Notes: generated by a model from the letters alone, not told the origin. Shown: positions 45,895 through 56,046, numbered from the stretch's first letter. The stretch is 64,000 nt of DNA from an uncultured delta proteobacterium (GCA_963796055.1 CAWCKH010000005.1:32001-96000); one strand, 5' to 3'. Numbers and translations: made by a program.

Positions 45895-48039
45895 TCACCC
45901 CACGGGGTGGAACCGCTCCCCCCGCTCGGCCATCCGTCGGAGCAACGGGGCCGGCTCGAAGCGAACCCCCTTCCGCTGCTGCCAGTGCTCGAGCCGGCGC
46001 AGCAGCTCGGCCGGACCCATCGCGTCGATGGCGCGGAAGGGGCCGCCCCGGAAGGGTGGGAAGCCGAGGCCGAACACCGCGCCAACGTCGCCGTCGCGGG
46101 CGCTGCGCAGGATGCCTTCCTCGAGGCAGCGGACCGCCTCGTTCAGGAAGAGCAGCACCGGCCGCTCGCGGAGCTCATCCTCGGGGAACGGCACCCGGGT
46201 CGGGCCGCCAGGGAGCGCTTCGTACACCGCGGTGTCCACCGGCTTGCCCTTCACGTCGTAACGGTAGAACCCCTTCTTCGTCTTGCGGCCGAGCCGACCC
46301 TCCTTCACCAGGGCGGCCATGGTGGCCGGCGGCGTCATCCGCTCGCCGAAGGCGTCGTGGAGCACGTGGCTGACCTTCTCCCCCACGTCGATGCCCACCT
46401 CGTCCAGCAGCTGGAATGGACCCACCGGGAACCCATAGGCCCGGAGCGCGCCGTCCACCGCGGCGATGTCCGCGCCCTCGACCAGAAGGTGCGCTGCCTC
46501 GTTGAGGTACGGGGCGAGGACCCGTGAGGTGTAGAAGCCCGGGCCGTCGCGGACGACGATCACCGTCTTTCCCTGCTTCTTTCCCAGCTCGACGCAGGTG
46601 GCGACGACCGAGGAGTCGGTTCCTCCGTGGGTGATGATCTCCAGGAGGGGCATCTTCTCCACCGGGCTGAAGTAGTGCATCCCGATGACGTTGCCGGGGC
46701 GCCTCGAGCCTTCCGCCAGCCGGGCGATGGGGATGGAGCTGGTGTTGGAGGCGAAGATGCACTGCTCGGAGGTGGCGGTCTCCACCTCGGCGAGGAGCCG
46801 GCGCTTGAGCTCGAGGTCCTCGAACACCGCCTCGATGACCACGTCGGCGCGCCCGAAGCCGGAGAGATCGATCGTGGCCGTGACCCGGGCGAGGACCTTG
46901 TCCAGCCCCCGCCGGTCCAGACGGCGCCGGCGTACGCGCTGGTCGAGCAGCCCCCGCACGTGGGCGAGCGCCCGACCGAGGGAGGTGTCGTCGCGCTCCT
47001 TGATGCGGACCGGAAGGTGAGCCTTCTCGGCGGTGACGAAGGCGATGCCCCCGCCCATGAGGCCGCCGCCCAGCACCACGACCTTGTGGACAGGCCTGGC
47101 CTTCGCCGCGCCGTCCACGCCGGTGTCCTTCTTCAGCGCGGTGGTGGCGAAGAACAGCTCGCGGAGCCGGGTGCTCACCTCCGTGACCAGCAGCTCCCCG
47201 AAGGCGCGGGCCTCGGCGCGCTGCCCCGCCTCGAAGCCCTTCTCCACGCCCTCGCGGACCACCTCCAGCGCGCGCTCCGGGGCCGGGTAGTGCCCGCCGC
47301 TCTTCTTGAGCAGCTGCTTGCGCGCCTCGGCGAAGAGGAGCTTCCGGCCGATGGGATTCCCTTCCAGGGCCGCGCGGGTCACCGTCTCCCGCGGGCTCCG
47401 GTGCGGCCCGTGGTGGGCAGTCTTGCCCCCGCCCGCGGCCAGGGCCTGCGCATGCTCGACGGCCACGTCGATCAGGATCGACCGCGGCACCACCTCGTCG
47501 ACCAGGCCCAGCTTGCGGGCCCTGGAGGCGCGGACCGGATTCCCGGAGAGGATGAGGTCGAGCGCGGCCTGCACGCCGATGAGCCGGGGGAGTCGCTGCG
47601 TGCCGCCGGCGCCGGGCAGGAGCCCGAGCTGTACCTCCGGAACCCCGAGCTGGGTGCGCGGCGCGTCCGACGCCACCCGGCCGTGGCAGGCCAGCGCCCA
47701 CTCCAGGCCGCCGCCGAGACACGCCCCGTGGATGGCGGCGACCACCGGCTTGGGGAAGCTGGCAAGGCGCTCGAACCCCTGCTGGCCCTCGCGCGAGGCT
47801 TTCTCGCCGTCGGCCGCGGTCCGCAGCGAGCCGAGCCACCTCACGTCCGCGCCGACGACGAAGTCCTGCTTTCCGGAGGTGAAGACGATGGCCTTGACCT
47901 CCGGGTCCTGTCCGAGGCGCTGGAGCTCCTGCTCGAACTCGGCGCCCACCGCAGGCGAGAGGGTGTTCACCGGCTCGTCGGGAAGGTCGAAGGTGAGGAC
48001 CGCCACGTCGCCGCGCATCTCCGAGCGAAAGGCAGCCAT
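45895..48039 (-). CDS. fadJ: Fatty acid oxidation complex alpha subunit
   Basis: Hydratase domain (LGGGLE, PEVQLG) plus HAD domain (GGGLMG, SNTSS, HYFSP). Confidence 0.93.
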   Translation of the reverse strand: MAAFRSEMRGDVAVLTFDLPDEPVNTLSPAVGAEFEQELQRLGQDPEVKAIVFTSGKQDFVVGADVRWLGSLRTAADGEKASREGQQGFERLASFPKPVVAAIHGACLGGGLEWALACHGRVASDAPRTQLGVPEVQLGLLPGAGGTQRLPRLIGVQAALDLILSGNPVRASRARKLGLVDEVVPRSILIDVAVEHAQALAAGGGKTAHHGPHRSPRETVTRAALEGNPIGRKLLFAEARKQLLKKSGGHYPAPERALEVVREGVEKGFEAGQRAEARAFGELLVTEVSTRLRELFFATTALKKDTGVDGAAKARPVHKVVVLGGGLMGGGIAFVTAEKAHLPVRIKERDDTSLGRALAHVRGLLDQRVRRRRLDRRGLDKVLARVTATIDLSGFGRADVVIEAVFEDLELKRRLLAEVETATSEQCIFASNTSSIPIARLAEGSRRPGNVIGMHYFSPVEKMPLLEIITHGGTDSSVVATCVELGKKQGKTVIVVRDGPGFYTSRVLAPYLNEAAHLLVEGADIAAVDGALRAYGFPVGPFQLLDEVGIDVGEKVSHVLHDAFGERMTPPATMAALVKEGRLGRKTKKGFYRYDVKGKPVDTAVYEALPGGPTRVPFPEDELRERPVLLFLNEAVRCLEEGILRSARDGDVGAVFGLGFPPFRGGPFRAIDAMGPAELLRRLEHWQQRKGVRFEPAPLLRRMAERGERFHPVG

Positions 48040-49343
48040 CAGACGGCCTCCAGAACCAGTGCCGCGCCGAGCCCGCCGGCCGCGCAGACGGTGCAGAGGG
48101 CAGTGCTCTTGCCGCTGCGGGCGAGCGCATCGAGTGCCTGCATGACGATGCGGGCTCCGGTGGCGCCGAAGGGGTGGCCGAGGGCGATGGATCCGCCGTG
48201 GATGTTGAGGCGCGCCGGGTCCACCTCGCCCAGCGGCGCCGAGCGGCCCAGCTTCCTGGCGAACTCCGGGCTGGCGAAGGCCTGGAGGTTGCTGGCCACC
48301 TGCGCGGCGAAGGCCTCGTGCATCTCGACCAGGTCGATGTCCGCCAGGCGCATCCCCGCCCGGTCGAGCGCCACCGGCGCGGCGTAGGCCGGTCCCTGGA
48401 GGAGCTGATCGGCCGGGTCCGTCGCGGCGTAGGCGAAGGCGCGCAGCGCCCCCAGCGGCCGGAGCCCCAGCGCCCTGGCCCGGTCCTCGCGCATCACCAG
48501 CAGCGCGGCCGCGCCGTCGGTCAGGGGCGAGCTGTTTCCGGCAGTGACCGAGCCGTGCGCCTTGTCGAACACCGGCTTGAGCTTCGAGAGCGCCTCGAGC
48601 GAGGTGTCGGGACGGATGATGTCGTCCGTGGTCCCGGTGGTGGTGTACGCCGGGGGCACGGGGACGTGCATCACCTGGGCATCGAACACGCCGGCCTTCC
48701 AGGCCGCGGCGGCGCGCTGGTGCGAGGCAAGCGCGATCTCGTCCTGCCAGGTGCGCGAGATCCGGTTCTCCTTGGCCATCTTCTCCGCGCTCTGCCCCAT
48801 GGTGAGGCCGGTGGAGTACTCGGCGATCGCGGGTGGAACCGGGACCAGATCCCCGGGGTGGACGCCAGCGAAGGCGCGGAGGCGGTCCGGCAGCGAGCGC
48901 GCGCGGCTGGCCTTCACCAGCGCGCGGGAGAGCGGGCGGCTGGTGAAGATTGGCACGTCGCTCATCGACTCGGTGCCACCGGCGATGGCCACCTGGCTCA
49001 CCCCGAGGGCCATGGCGGAGGCGACGTCGGTGAACGCCTGGATGGAGGTGGCGCAGGCGCGGGAGACGGTGTGGGCCTCGAGTCCCCTCGGCAGCGCCGA
49101 GGCGAGGCCGACCTCGCGGGCGATGCTCGGAGCCAGCAGCGTGGGGATGGCCTGGCCGAAGACGATCTGATCGATCTCCACGGGGTCGACGTCCGCGCGT
49201 TCGACGAGCTCCCGGACCACCGTCGCTCCGAGGTCGAGAGAGGTGAGAGAGCCGAAGACGCCGCCGGCCTTGACGAAGGGGGTCCGGAGCCCCTTCACCA
49301 CGACGGCGCGCGACGTGCCGGGTTGACCGAGCAGCTGCGCCAT
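48039..49343 (-). CDS. fadI: Acetyl-CoA C-acyltransferase
   Basis: SRACATS, HEAFA, GHPFGATG and CAAGG motifs; coupled to fadJ. Confidence 0.93.
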   Translation of the reverse strand: MAQLLGQPGTSRAVVVKGLRTPFVKAGGVFGSLTSLDLGATVVRELVERADVDPVEIDQIVFGQAIPTLLAPSIAREVGLASALPRGLEAHTVSRACATSIQAFTDVASAMALGVSQVAIAGGTESMSDVPIFTSRPLSRALVKASRARSLPDRLRAFAGVHPGDLVPVPPAIAEYSTGLTMGQSAEKMAKENRISRTWQDEIALASHQRAAAAWKAGVFDAQVMHVPVPPAYTTTGTTDDIIRPDTSLEALSKLKPVFDKAHGSVTAGNSSPLTDGAAALLVMREDRARALGLRPLGALRAFAYAATDPADQLLQGPAYAAPVALDRAGMRLADIDLVEMHEAFAAQVASNLQAFASPEFARKLGRSAPLGEVDPARLNIHGGSIALGHPFGATGARIVMQALDALARSGKSTALCTVCAAGGLGAALVLEAV

Positions 49344-49450
49344 GACGCGGCGTTCCAGCAGAGACTCACTCGGGCGTCAATCGGCGGTCCGGGCCTTCGG
49401 GGCGCGAGCTACGGTCGGCTCGTTCCGCCGAAGCCCTGAACTCAGGCGGT

Positions 49451-50419
49451 TCACGCCGCGCGCGCGGCCGCCGATTCGTCCCGCATCACCTCGAGCGTCT
49501 TCCGGATCCCCTCGTTGTACGAGGTCTTCTTCACCGGCCCGAGGAGCTTCTGGAGCGCCGAGTCGTCCATGACCACCGGGTTCGTGTGGAGGTAGCTCAT
49601 CTCCACCAGCTCGCGCATCAGCGGATTGAAAAGCCCCATCACCCGGAGCGTGTTCTTGCCGGCGACCCGGAACTTCGGCGTCTTGCCGGCTGCGGCGAAC
49701 ACCCTGGTCACGAACTCCCGCTGGGAGATTGTCCCGGAGCCGCCGAGGTGCCACCAGCGGCCGTATGCCTCCGGCCGGTCCGCCAGGTCGAGCAGCACCG
49801 GGCCGACGTCCGGCACGAAGACGAACTCGTGCGGCGTGTCGATGGGGCCGATCAGGTTGGCCGTTCCGCCATGGAGCGCGGCGACGAAAGCGCTGTGAAG
49901 GAAGCTCTTGTCGATGCCCGGTCCGTAGAAGTCCGGGAGCCGGAGGATGGTTCCGCGGATCTTCCCCGCCGCGTCGGCTTCGAGGAGGAGGTCCTCCTGT
50001 TCCTTGCGCATCCGGCCCTTGAAGGTGTGCGGCTCGCGCGGGTGGTCCTCCGCAACGCGCGCGGTCCTCGGCATGCCGTACGGGTACACCGTGCCCACGA
50101 GCAGGACGCGCTGTACGCCCTCGGCGATCGCGCCGTCGAGCGTCTGCCGCATCACCACCGGGTGCTGCTCGAAGTGGTGGTACGGAACGCCCACCAGGTG
50201 GACGAGGGTGTCGAGGCCGCGCACGGCAGCCCGGACCGACGCGGCGTCCTCTGGATTCCAGACGACCCGCTCGACACCGGGCATGTCCCCGAAGCTCGCC
50301 TCGAGCGCGCCAGCCGACCGCCCGATGACCCGGAAGGGGGTGCGCCGGTCCGTGAGCGCCTGCCCCACGCTCCGGCCAATCGCTCCCGCCGCACCCACCA
50401 ACCCGATTCGCTCCACCAT
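49451..50419 (-). CDS. NAD-dependent epimerase/dehydratase family protein
   Basis: GAAGAIG Rossmann motif, VYPYG and PDFYGP. Confidence 0.88.
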   Translation of the reverse strand: MVERIGLVGAAGAIGRSVGQALTDRRTPFRVIGRSAGALEASFGDMPGVERVVWNPEDAASVRAAVRGLDTLVHLVGVPYHHFEQHPVVMRQTLDGAIAEGVQRVLLVGTVYPYGMPRTARVAEDHPREPHTFKGRMRKEQEDLLLEADAAGKIRGTILRLPDFYGPGIDKSFLHSAFVAALHGGTANLIGPIDTPHEFVFVPDVGPVLLDLADRPEAYGRWWHLGGSGTISQREFVTRVFAAAGKTPKFRVAGKNTLRVMGLFNPLMRELVEMSYLHTNPVVMDDSALQKLLGPVKKTSYNEGIRKTLEVMRDESAAARAA

Positions 50420-51065
50420 GACCGCCTCCTTAACGGCGGCGCGGCGGCAACGCGAGAGAACCGAGCTCCGCGAACGGATTCTCGACGCGGCGCGGGACAT
50501 CGTTCGGCGCGAGGGATTCGGCGCGCTGACGGTCCGGAAGATCGCCGACGCCATCGAGTACGCGCCCGGAACGCTCTACCTCTACTTCGAGAACCGCGAC
50601 GCCATCGCCCGCGAGCTCTCCTTCGAGGGGTTCCGGAAGCTCCTGGAGGCCTTCGCGCCGGCCGAGACGCTCGCCGACCCGCTCGCCCGTCTCGAAGCCA
50701 TCGGACGCGCCTACGTGAAGTTCGGGATGGAGCACCCCGAGACCTACCGGCTCATCTTCATGGAGGACCCGCAGCTCACCACCGCGGTGTTCAAGGCAGC
50801 GGGCGATGACCCCGGGCAGCGCGCGTATCGGGCGCTCCTCGATCCGCTCGACGAGCTCCGCAAGGCCGGGCGACTGCGGCGGGGCGCCGACGTGCAGCCG
50901 CTCGCCGACACGCTCTGGGCCTTGGTGCACGGCATCGTCAGCCTGAAGCTCACCTGCCCCGGCTTTCCGGTGACACCGGTGGAGCCGCTTCTGGACACCG
51001 CCCTGCGGACCTTCCTCGACGGGCTGGTCCGCCTTGCCCCGTCTAGGGCGTCGGCGGCGCGGTGA
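50418..51065 (+). CDS. TetR-family regulator (WHG-type C-terminus)
   Basis: ILDAA...VRKIA...GTLYLYF HTH and WALVHG. Confidence 0.92.
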   Translation: MTASLTAARRQRERTELRERILDAARDIVRREGFGALTVRKIADAIEYAPGTLYLYFENRDAIARELSFEGFRKLLEAFAPAETLADPLARLEAIGRAYVKFGMEHPETYRLIFMEDPQLTTAVFKAAGDDPGQRAYRALLDPLDELRKAGRLRRGADVQPLADTLWALVHGIVSLKLTCPGFPVTPVEPLLDTALRTFLDGLVRLAPSRASAAR

Positions 51066-52086
51066 CGTGACAGCCCAGCCGGTGCACGGTCTCCACCAGG
51101 TGCTTCGCCGCGTCGGGTGACGTGGGCGGCAGGATGCCGTGCCCGAGGTTGAAGATGTGCCCGACGGGCCCGGCGCGGCGGAGGATGTCCGCCACCCGCT
51201 GCTCCAGCTCGGCCGGCGGGAGAAAGAGCGCCAGAGGATCCAGGTTGCCCTGGAGCGCCACGTCCGGTCCGGCGAGCGCGCGGGCCTGGTCGATCTCGAT
51301 GCGCCAGTCGCAGCCGAGCACGTCGGCCCCGGTCCTCCGGAGCAGGGGCAGGTGCGTGGACATCGCGGTGCCGAAGACGATCACCGGCACGCCCTTCGCC
51401 TGGAGCGCCTGCACCATCCGGGTGAGGTACGGGAGGCTGAACGTCTCGAAGTCGCGCGGGCTCAGCTCGCCGCCCCAGCTGTCGAAGATCTGGGCGATCC
51501 GCGCGCCCGCCTCGACCTGCATCTCGAGATACGGGATGAGCGTGCGGGTGAGCCGGTCGAAGAGCGCGTGGGCGAGCTTCGGCTGCTCGAAGAGGAGCCG
51601 CTTGATGAGGATGAAGCTCTTGGAGCCGCCGCCCTCGACCATGTAGGCGGCGAGGGTGAACGGCGCGCCGGCGAAGCCGATGACCGGCACCGCGTCGTGC
51701 AGCGCCGCCCGCGTACGGCGGATCGCCTCGGCGACGAAGCCGGTCTTCTCCACCGGATCCGGCACCACCAGCTTCTCGACGTCGGCAGTGGTCCGCAGCG
51801 GCGAGGGGAAGTGCGGCCCGCGGTCGCCGAGCTCGAGCTCCATCCCCATCGCCTCGGTGGGGATGAGGATGTCGGAGAAGATGATCGCCGCGTCGACGCC
51901 CAGCCGGCGGACCGGCTGCACCGTCACCTCGGCGGCGAGGTCCGGCGTCTTGCACAGCGGGAGGAAGTCGATCTTCTCGCGAACCGAGCGGTACTCGGGC
52001 AGGTAGCGCCCGGCCTGGCGCATGATCCACACCGGGGTCACGTCCACGGGCTGCCGGCGCGCGGCGCGCAGAATCCGATCGTTCAC
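51043..52086 (-). CDS. hemE: Uroporphyrinogen decarboxylase
   Basis: PVWIMRQAGRYLPEY, FSDIL, QGNLDP and NLGHG motifs. Confidence 0.98.
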   Translation of the reverse strand: MNDRILRAARRQPVDVTPVWIMRQAGRYLPEYRSVREKIDFLPLCKTPDLAAEVTVQPVRRLGVDAAIIFSDILIPTEAMGMELELGDRGPHFPSPLRTTADVEKLVVPDPVEKTGFVAEAIRRTRAALHDAVPVIGFAGAPFTLAAYMVEGGGSKSFILIKRLLFEQPKLAHALFDRLTRTLIPYLEMQVEAGARIAQIFDSWGGELSPRDFETFSLPYLTRMVQALQAKGVPVIVFGTAMSTHLPLLRRTGADVLGCDWRIEIDQARALAGPDVALQGNLDPLALFLPPAELEQRVADILRRAGPVGHIFNLGHGILPPTSPDAAKHLVETVHRLGCHVTAPPTP

Positions 52087-52152
52087 GTCCGACGGACGTA
52101 GCAGGAACGACCGAACCTGGCGAGGGGCTCGGGCGGCGGCCAGCGGCGCGAT

Positions 52153-52557
52153 TCAGGCACCGTCGCCGCGGAGGACGGGCTTGAGATCGAGGACCGGCGT
52201 CCCGTCGATCGCCTCGAGCGGGCCCACCCGGATCCGCCGCCCCTCCACCGTGAGGACCCGGACCCGGTGCAGCCCGATGGGGTTCGGACGGTCCGGTGAG
52301 CGGGTGGAGAACACGCCGGTGATCGGCCGCGCCGGATCGCTCCGGGGATGGACCTCGAGCACCGCGCGGTCGGCCTGGTGGAGCCAGGTCACCAGGAAGA
52401 CCTCGTCGCCCGGCGTGAGCCCCGAGGCCGCCGGGAGAACCTCGGGCCGAAGCTCGATCCAGGCATCCGGGCCGCCCTCCCTCCCCTGCATCGGCGCGCG
52501 CGCCCGGTCCCGCAGCTCGGAGTGGATGGTGCCAACCGGGCGGAGCTGAAGGTCCAC
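52153..52557 (-). CDS. tsaA: tRNA m6t6A37 methyltransferase TrmO/TsaA family
   Basis: GVFSTRSPDRPNPIG and DGTPVLDLKP motifs. GTG start. Confidence 0.88.
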   Translation of the reverse strand: MDLQLRPVGTIHSELRDRARAPMQGREGGPDAWIELRPEVLPAASGLTPGDEVFLVTWLHQADRAVLEVHPRSDPARPITGVFSTRSPDRPNPIGLHRVRVLTVEGRRIRVGPLEAIDGTPVLDLKPVLRGDGA

Positions 52558-52562
52558 CCCTC

Positions 52563-53378
52563 TCACCGTCGCCCGGCGAAGAGCGCGTTGAGCTCCGGGT
52601 AGGGCATCGCCCCCTCGAGCATGGCCTCGTAGCCGCGTCCGTCGAGGAACTGCCGGGCGGCGCGCCGGGTCAGACCATGGACGGCGCTGGAGATCCCCGA
52701 GCCCGCGCTCACCCGTCGCACGCCGAGTGCCCCGAGCTCTGCCACCGAAGGCAGCCGTGCCCACACCAGGACGTTCAGCGGGAGCGGGACACCGGCCACG
52801 ATCTCTCGGATCGATGCCGGCTCCACGACGGCGGGCACGAAGAGTCCGTCGGCGCCGGCGTCGCGGTACTTCCGCCCGCGGGCGATGCTCTCCTCGACGG
52901 CGCGCTCGGGCGGGGTGAGCGCTTTCAGGTAAACGTCGGTGCGGGCGTTCACGAACAGATCCACTCCGGCGCGGGCGGCCCCGCGCTTGGCGGCCGCGAT
53001 CCGCTCGCAGAGGACCTCGGGGCGGTCCGTCCCGTCCTCGAGGTTGATGCCCACCGCGCCGGCGCTGGCGAGGGCGAAGGCGTTGTCGGCGACGGCCGCG
53101 GGATCGGAGGCGTAGCCCGCTTCCATGTCGACGCTCAGGGGTACCGAGACGACCCGGGCGATCTCGGCGACGGCGGTGAGGAGGACGGAGGCCGGGAGCG
53201 CGCCCCCGTCGGCGTACCCGCGCGACCAGGCCAGACCGGCGCTGGTGGTGGCGATGGCCTGTGCGCCACAGGACTCGATGACGCGGGCGCTGCCTGCGTC
53301 CCAGGCATTGGGAAGCAAGAGGGGGGTCTTTCCGTGGTGCAGTTCTCTGAAGCGCGTGGCCGCAGTGCGGGTGTCCAT
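52563..53378 (-). CDS. Isocitrate lyase/PEP mutase family protein
   Basis: PNAWD, TTSAG, DMEAGY, GINLED and NARTD motifs. Confidence 0.9.
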   Translation of the reverse strand: MDTRTAATRFRELHHGKTPLLLPNAWDAGSARVIESCGAQAIATTSAGLAWSRGYADGGALPASVLLTAVAEIARVVSVPLSVDMEAGYASDPAAVADNAFALASAGAVGINLEDGTDRPEVLCERIAAAKRGAARAGVDLFVNARTDVYLKALTPPERAVEESIARGRKYRDAGADGLFVPAVVEPASIREIVAGVPLPLNVLVWARLPSVAELGALGVRRVSAGSGISSAVHGLTRRAARQFLDGRGYEAMLEGAMPYPELNALFAGRR

Positions 53379-53452
53379 GGTGGGGTCTCCGAAGATGTAG
53401 ACTTGTCCATAGCGAGCGGGCGCAGAGGAGGCACAGTTCGCGAGCGTCGTCC

Positions 53453-53482
53453 TTGACACAGCTGGAACCGGGACCGTACAAG
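53453..53482 (+). promoter_or_regulatory. Sigma-70 promoter of the tRNA operon
   Basis: TTGACA-N18-TACAAG followed by a GC-rich discriminator. Confidence 0.55.
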
Positions 53483-53514
53483 CGCCCCCGTCGTCGAGGA
53501 GCGGAGCCGGGACC

Positions 53515-53586
53515 GGGCGGGTAGCTCAGCGGTAGAGCATCGCCCTTACAAGGCGAGGGTCACAGGTTCGATCCCTGTTCCGCCCA
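53515..53586 (+). tRNA. tRNA-Val(TAC)
   Basis: Full cloverleaf with anticodon loop CTTACAA; CCA not encoded. Confidence 0.97.
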
Positions 53587-53604
53587 ATCGAAGACCGTCG
53601 TACT

Positions 53605-53678
53605 GGGGAGTTAGTTCAGCTGGTTAGAACGCCGGCCTGTCACGCCGGAGGTCACGGGTTCAAGTCCCGTACTCCTCG
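53605..53678 (+). tRNA. tRNA-Asp(GTC)
   Basis: Full cloverleaf with anticodon loop CTGTCAC; CCA not encoded. Confidence 0.97.
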
Positions 53679-53686
53679 CTTCGTAA

Positions 53687-53728
53687 GAGCCCGGATGGAC
53701 CGCGGAATTCGCTGCTGTCTCCGGGCTC
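53687..53728 (+). terminator. Hairpin immediately after tRNA-Asp (island-supplied)
   Basis: Perfect 9-bp outer stem GAGCCCGGA...TCCGGGCTC; weak U-tract. Confidence 0.45.
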
Positions 53729-53804
53729 CGCTTCACCCTCCGCTGGCGATGCCAGAAAGGGTCCCAGAAAACCGTTCGCGGATCCGCTGAGCGAGTGGGG
53801 CGAA

Positions 53805-53963
53805 CTGCTGACGGTGAGGGAGGTGGCAGGACGGCTGCGCCTCCATCCCTCCACTGTTTACGGGCTCTGCGAGCGAGGCGAACTAGGGCACGTGCGCGTC
53901 AGCAACGCACTTCGGGTGCGTCCAGTCGACCTCGAGACGTTCGTACGGACTAGTTGTCGGTAG
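53805..53963 (+). CDS. Excisionase-like HTH (HTH_17) small protein; start unclear (GTG 53814)
   Basis: LLTVREVAGRLRLHPSTVYGLCERGELGHVRVSNALRVRPVDLETF; too short for the ORF track. Confidence 0.75.
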   Translation: MLTVREVAGRLRLHPSTVYGLCERGELGHVRVSNALRVRPVDLETFVRTSCR

Positions 53964-54308
53964 CGTCCGCAGCGGGAACGCGAACACACCGCGACTCTTC
54001 GAAGGCTGAACTGTGCCCTCACGGGAGCCACAGTCCAGCCTGACACTGGAGTAGGGCCGCCCTGTCCTAGTTTCAGCGGCTTCGTCCGAGCTGGTCGCGT
54101 CCTCGTGTCGCGGTTTCCGACCCGGTCGAGCACACCAGACGCACACACGCCGCCAACCCCCCGGACGACCGCGGTCATCCGAGCTTCCTCCTGAGCCCCC
54201 CGGCGCACAGGTGAGCTGCCCTAGACGGCGTCCACGTGACTGGACGGCGCGTGCAGCGCGGACCCGTCGTCGTCTCCTGGCGCAGCGGCTGCACGAGGGC
54301 CTGCGGCA

Positions 54309-55763
54309 GTGGCGCGGCGGGCGGAGACGGCGGGGGACAGGGAGCGCGAGACCGTTCTCGGGCAAGAGGGGAAGCGGGCGCTCGGGGCAGTCGAGCATCG
54401 CCGCGACGTCGAGGGCACCGTCCTGCACCAGGCCGTCCGAGGCCATCTCGCCAGCTTTCTCGCCGGGTCGGCCGACCGGGGCGGTCTTCCGCGCTTCGTC
54501 GAGCGCGACTTTGCCCGGAACCTCGCCTGCGGAGTGCCGGCGTACGGCTTCGCCCGGCTGGCCTGCGCCGGATGCCGAGCCGAAGTGCTGGTCCCCTTCT
54601 CCTGCAAGTCACGCGGAGTGTGCCCCTCCTGCAACGCCCGCCGGGCGCACGACACCGCCATCCATCTGGTGGAGCGCGTGCTTCCCCGGGCGCCGTACCG
54701 CCAGTGGACGCTCTCGCTGCCCATGCCGCTGCGCTTCTCTCTGGCCAGGGATTCCCGGCTCCTCTCCGAGGTGCTGGGCCTCTTCGTCCGGGCGCTCTTC
54801 GCCTTCCAGCGGCGGACGGCCCGGCGGCTCGGGGTGTCCCGGCCACTCACCGGCGCTGTGGCCTTCGTCCAGCGCTTCGGCTCGGCGCTCCAGCTGACGC
54901 CCCACTTCCACCTCCTCGTCCCCGAGGCCGTCTTCGAGGAGGTGCACGAGGCGGAGCTGCGCCTGCACCCCTTGCCTCGGCCCACCGACGCCGAGGTGGA
55001 GACGCTCGCCGTCACCGTGGCCCGGCGCACCCTCGCGCTGCGGCGTGCGCGCGGCATCCTCGAGGAGGAGGCCGTCCCGGACGCAGCACTCGATGTCCTG
55101 CAGCTCGAAGGCATCCAGGTGCCGCGGAGCGGGCCGCGTCCTCCCGCCCGCCGGCCGGGCCGCCGCTGCGCCTTCGTCGAGGGCTTCTCCCTCCACGCCG
55201 ACACCTGGCTTCACGAAAACGACGTCACGGGCCTCGAGCGGCTCTGCAACTACGGCGCCCGCGGGCCCCTGTCGCTCGAGCGGCTGTCGGCCTTGCCCGA
55301 CGGACGGCTCGCCTACCGGATGAAGCGGCCCTCTCCGGCAGGACAGACGCACCTCCTGCTGTCTCCGCTGGCCTTCCTCCGCCGGGTGGCCGCGCTCGTC
55401 CCACCCCCCAGGGCCAACCTCGTGCGTTACTTCGGCGTCTTCGCCCCCAACGCCAGGGTGCGGCCCCGCGTCGTGCCTGCGCCTCCTTCCCCTGCGCCGC
55501 TGGCCGAGGCAGCTTCCTGCCCCGTCACGCCGGAGCCTCTCCGCCCCCGGCCGCCTCGCCGCCCCATCCCCTGGGCCGAGCTCCTCCGGCGGACCTTCCA
55601 GTCCGACGTCCTCACCTGCCCGCGCTGCGGCGGCACGCGCCGCGTGGTGGCCGTCGTTCTCCGTTCCGCCACCGCCCGGGCCATCCTGGAGCATCTGCGG
55701 CTTCCCTCCAGGCCCCTCCCCCTCGCTCCAGCCGCCTCTCCGCCCCAGCTCGGCCTCTGGTGA
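54309..55763 (+). CDS. IS91/ISCR-family rolling-circle (HUH) transposase
   Basis: CAGC...SCKSRGVCPSC zinc domain, HFH HUH motif, RLCNY catalytic motif and C-terminal CPRCGG. Confidence 0.92.
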   Translation: MARRAETAGDRERETVLGQEGKRALGAVEHRRDVEGTVLHQAVRGHLASFLAGSADRGGLPRFVERDFARNLACGVPAYGFARLACAGCRAEVLVPFSCKSRGVCPSCNARRAHDTAIHLVERVLPRAPYRQWTLSLPMPLRFSLARDSRLLSEVLGLFVRALFAFQRRTARRLGVSRPLTGAVAFVQRFGSALQLTPHFHLLVPEAVFEEVHEAELRLHPLPRPTDAEVETLAVTVARRTLALRRARGILEEEAVPDAALDVLQLEGIQVPRSGPRPPARRPGRRCAFVEGFSLHADTWLHENDVTGLERLCNYGARGPLSLERLSALPDGRLAYRMKRPSPAGQTHLLLSPLAFLRRVAALVPPPRANLVRYFGVFAPNARVRPRVVPAPPSPAPLAEAASCPVTPEPLRPRPPRRPIPWAELLRRTFQSDVLTCPRCGGTRRVVAVVLRSATARAILEHLRLPSRPLPLAPAASPPQLGLW

Positions 55764-55924
55764 GTGCCGTCCGAGCTTCGAGACCGCCCTACCCTGACGA
55801 CGGGCCACGTACTGCTCTACCCCCAGCAGCGGTGAGCACTCCTTCCGAGCGCCTCCTGCCTTCGTCGTCCTCCCCGTCGCCGGCCGGACGACCCGGTCCG
55901 TACCTGGCTTCCGCCGCGAAAAAC

Positions 55925-55939
55925 CCGTTTGTTCTTCCT
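55925..55939 (+). mobile_element. oriIS-like end of the ISCR/IS91 element
   Basis: CCGTTTGTTCTTCCT resembles the ISCR ori as I recall it (GCGTTTGAACTTCCTATAC). GC content drops abruptly right after it. Confidence 0.5.
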
Positions 55940-56046
55940 TGGATCATATGCGACTCCCTCGTGTCGCGTTTGCTTAGTAGATTAGGACACCTAATTCATG
56001 TTTTAGGAGCAAATAAGTTGCGTGTTGCCAAAGAGGGAGGGTCGCC

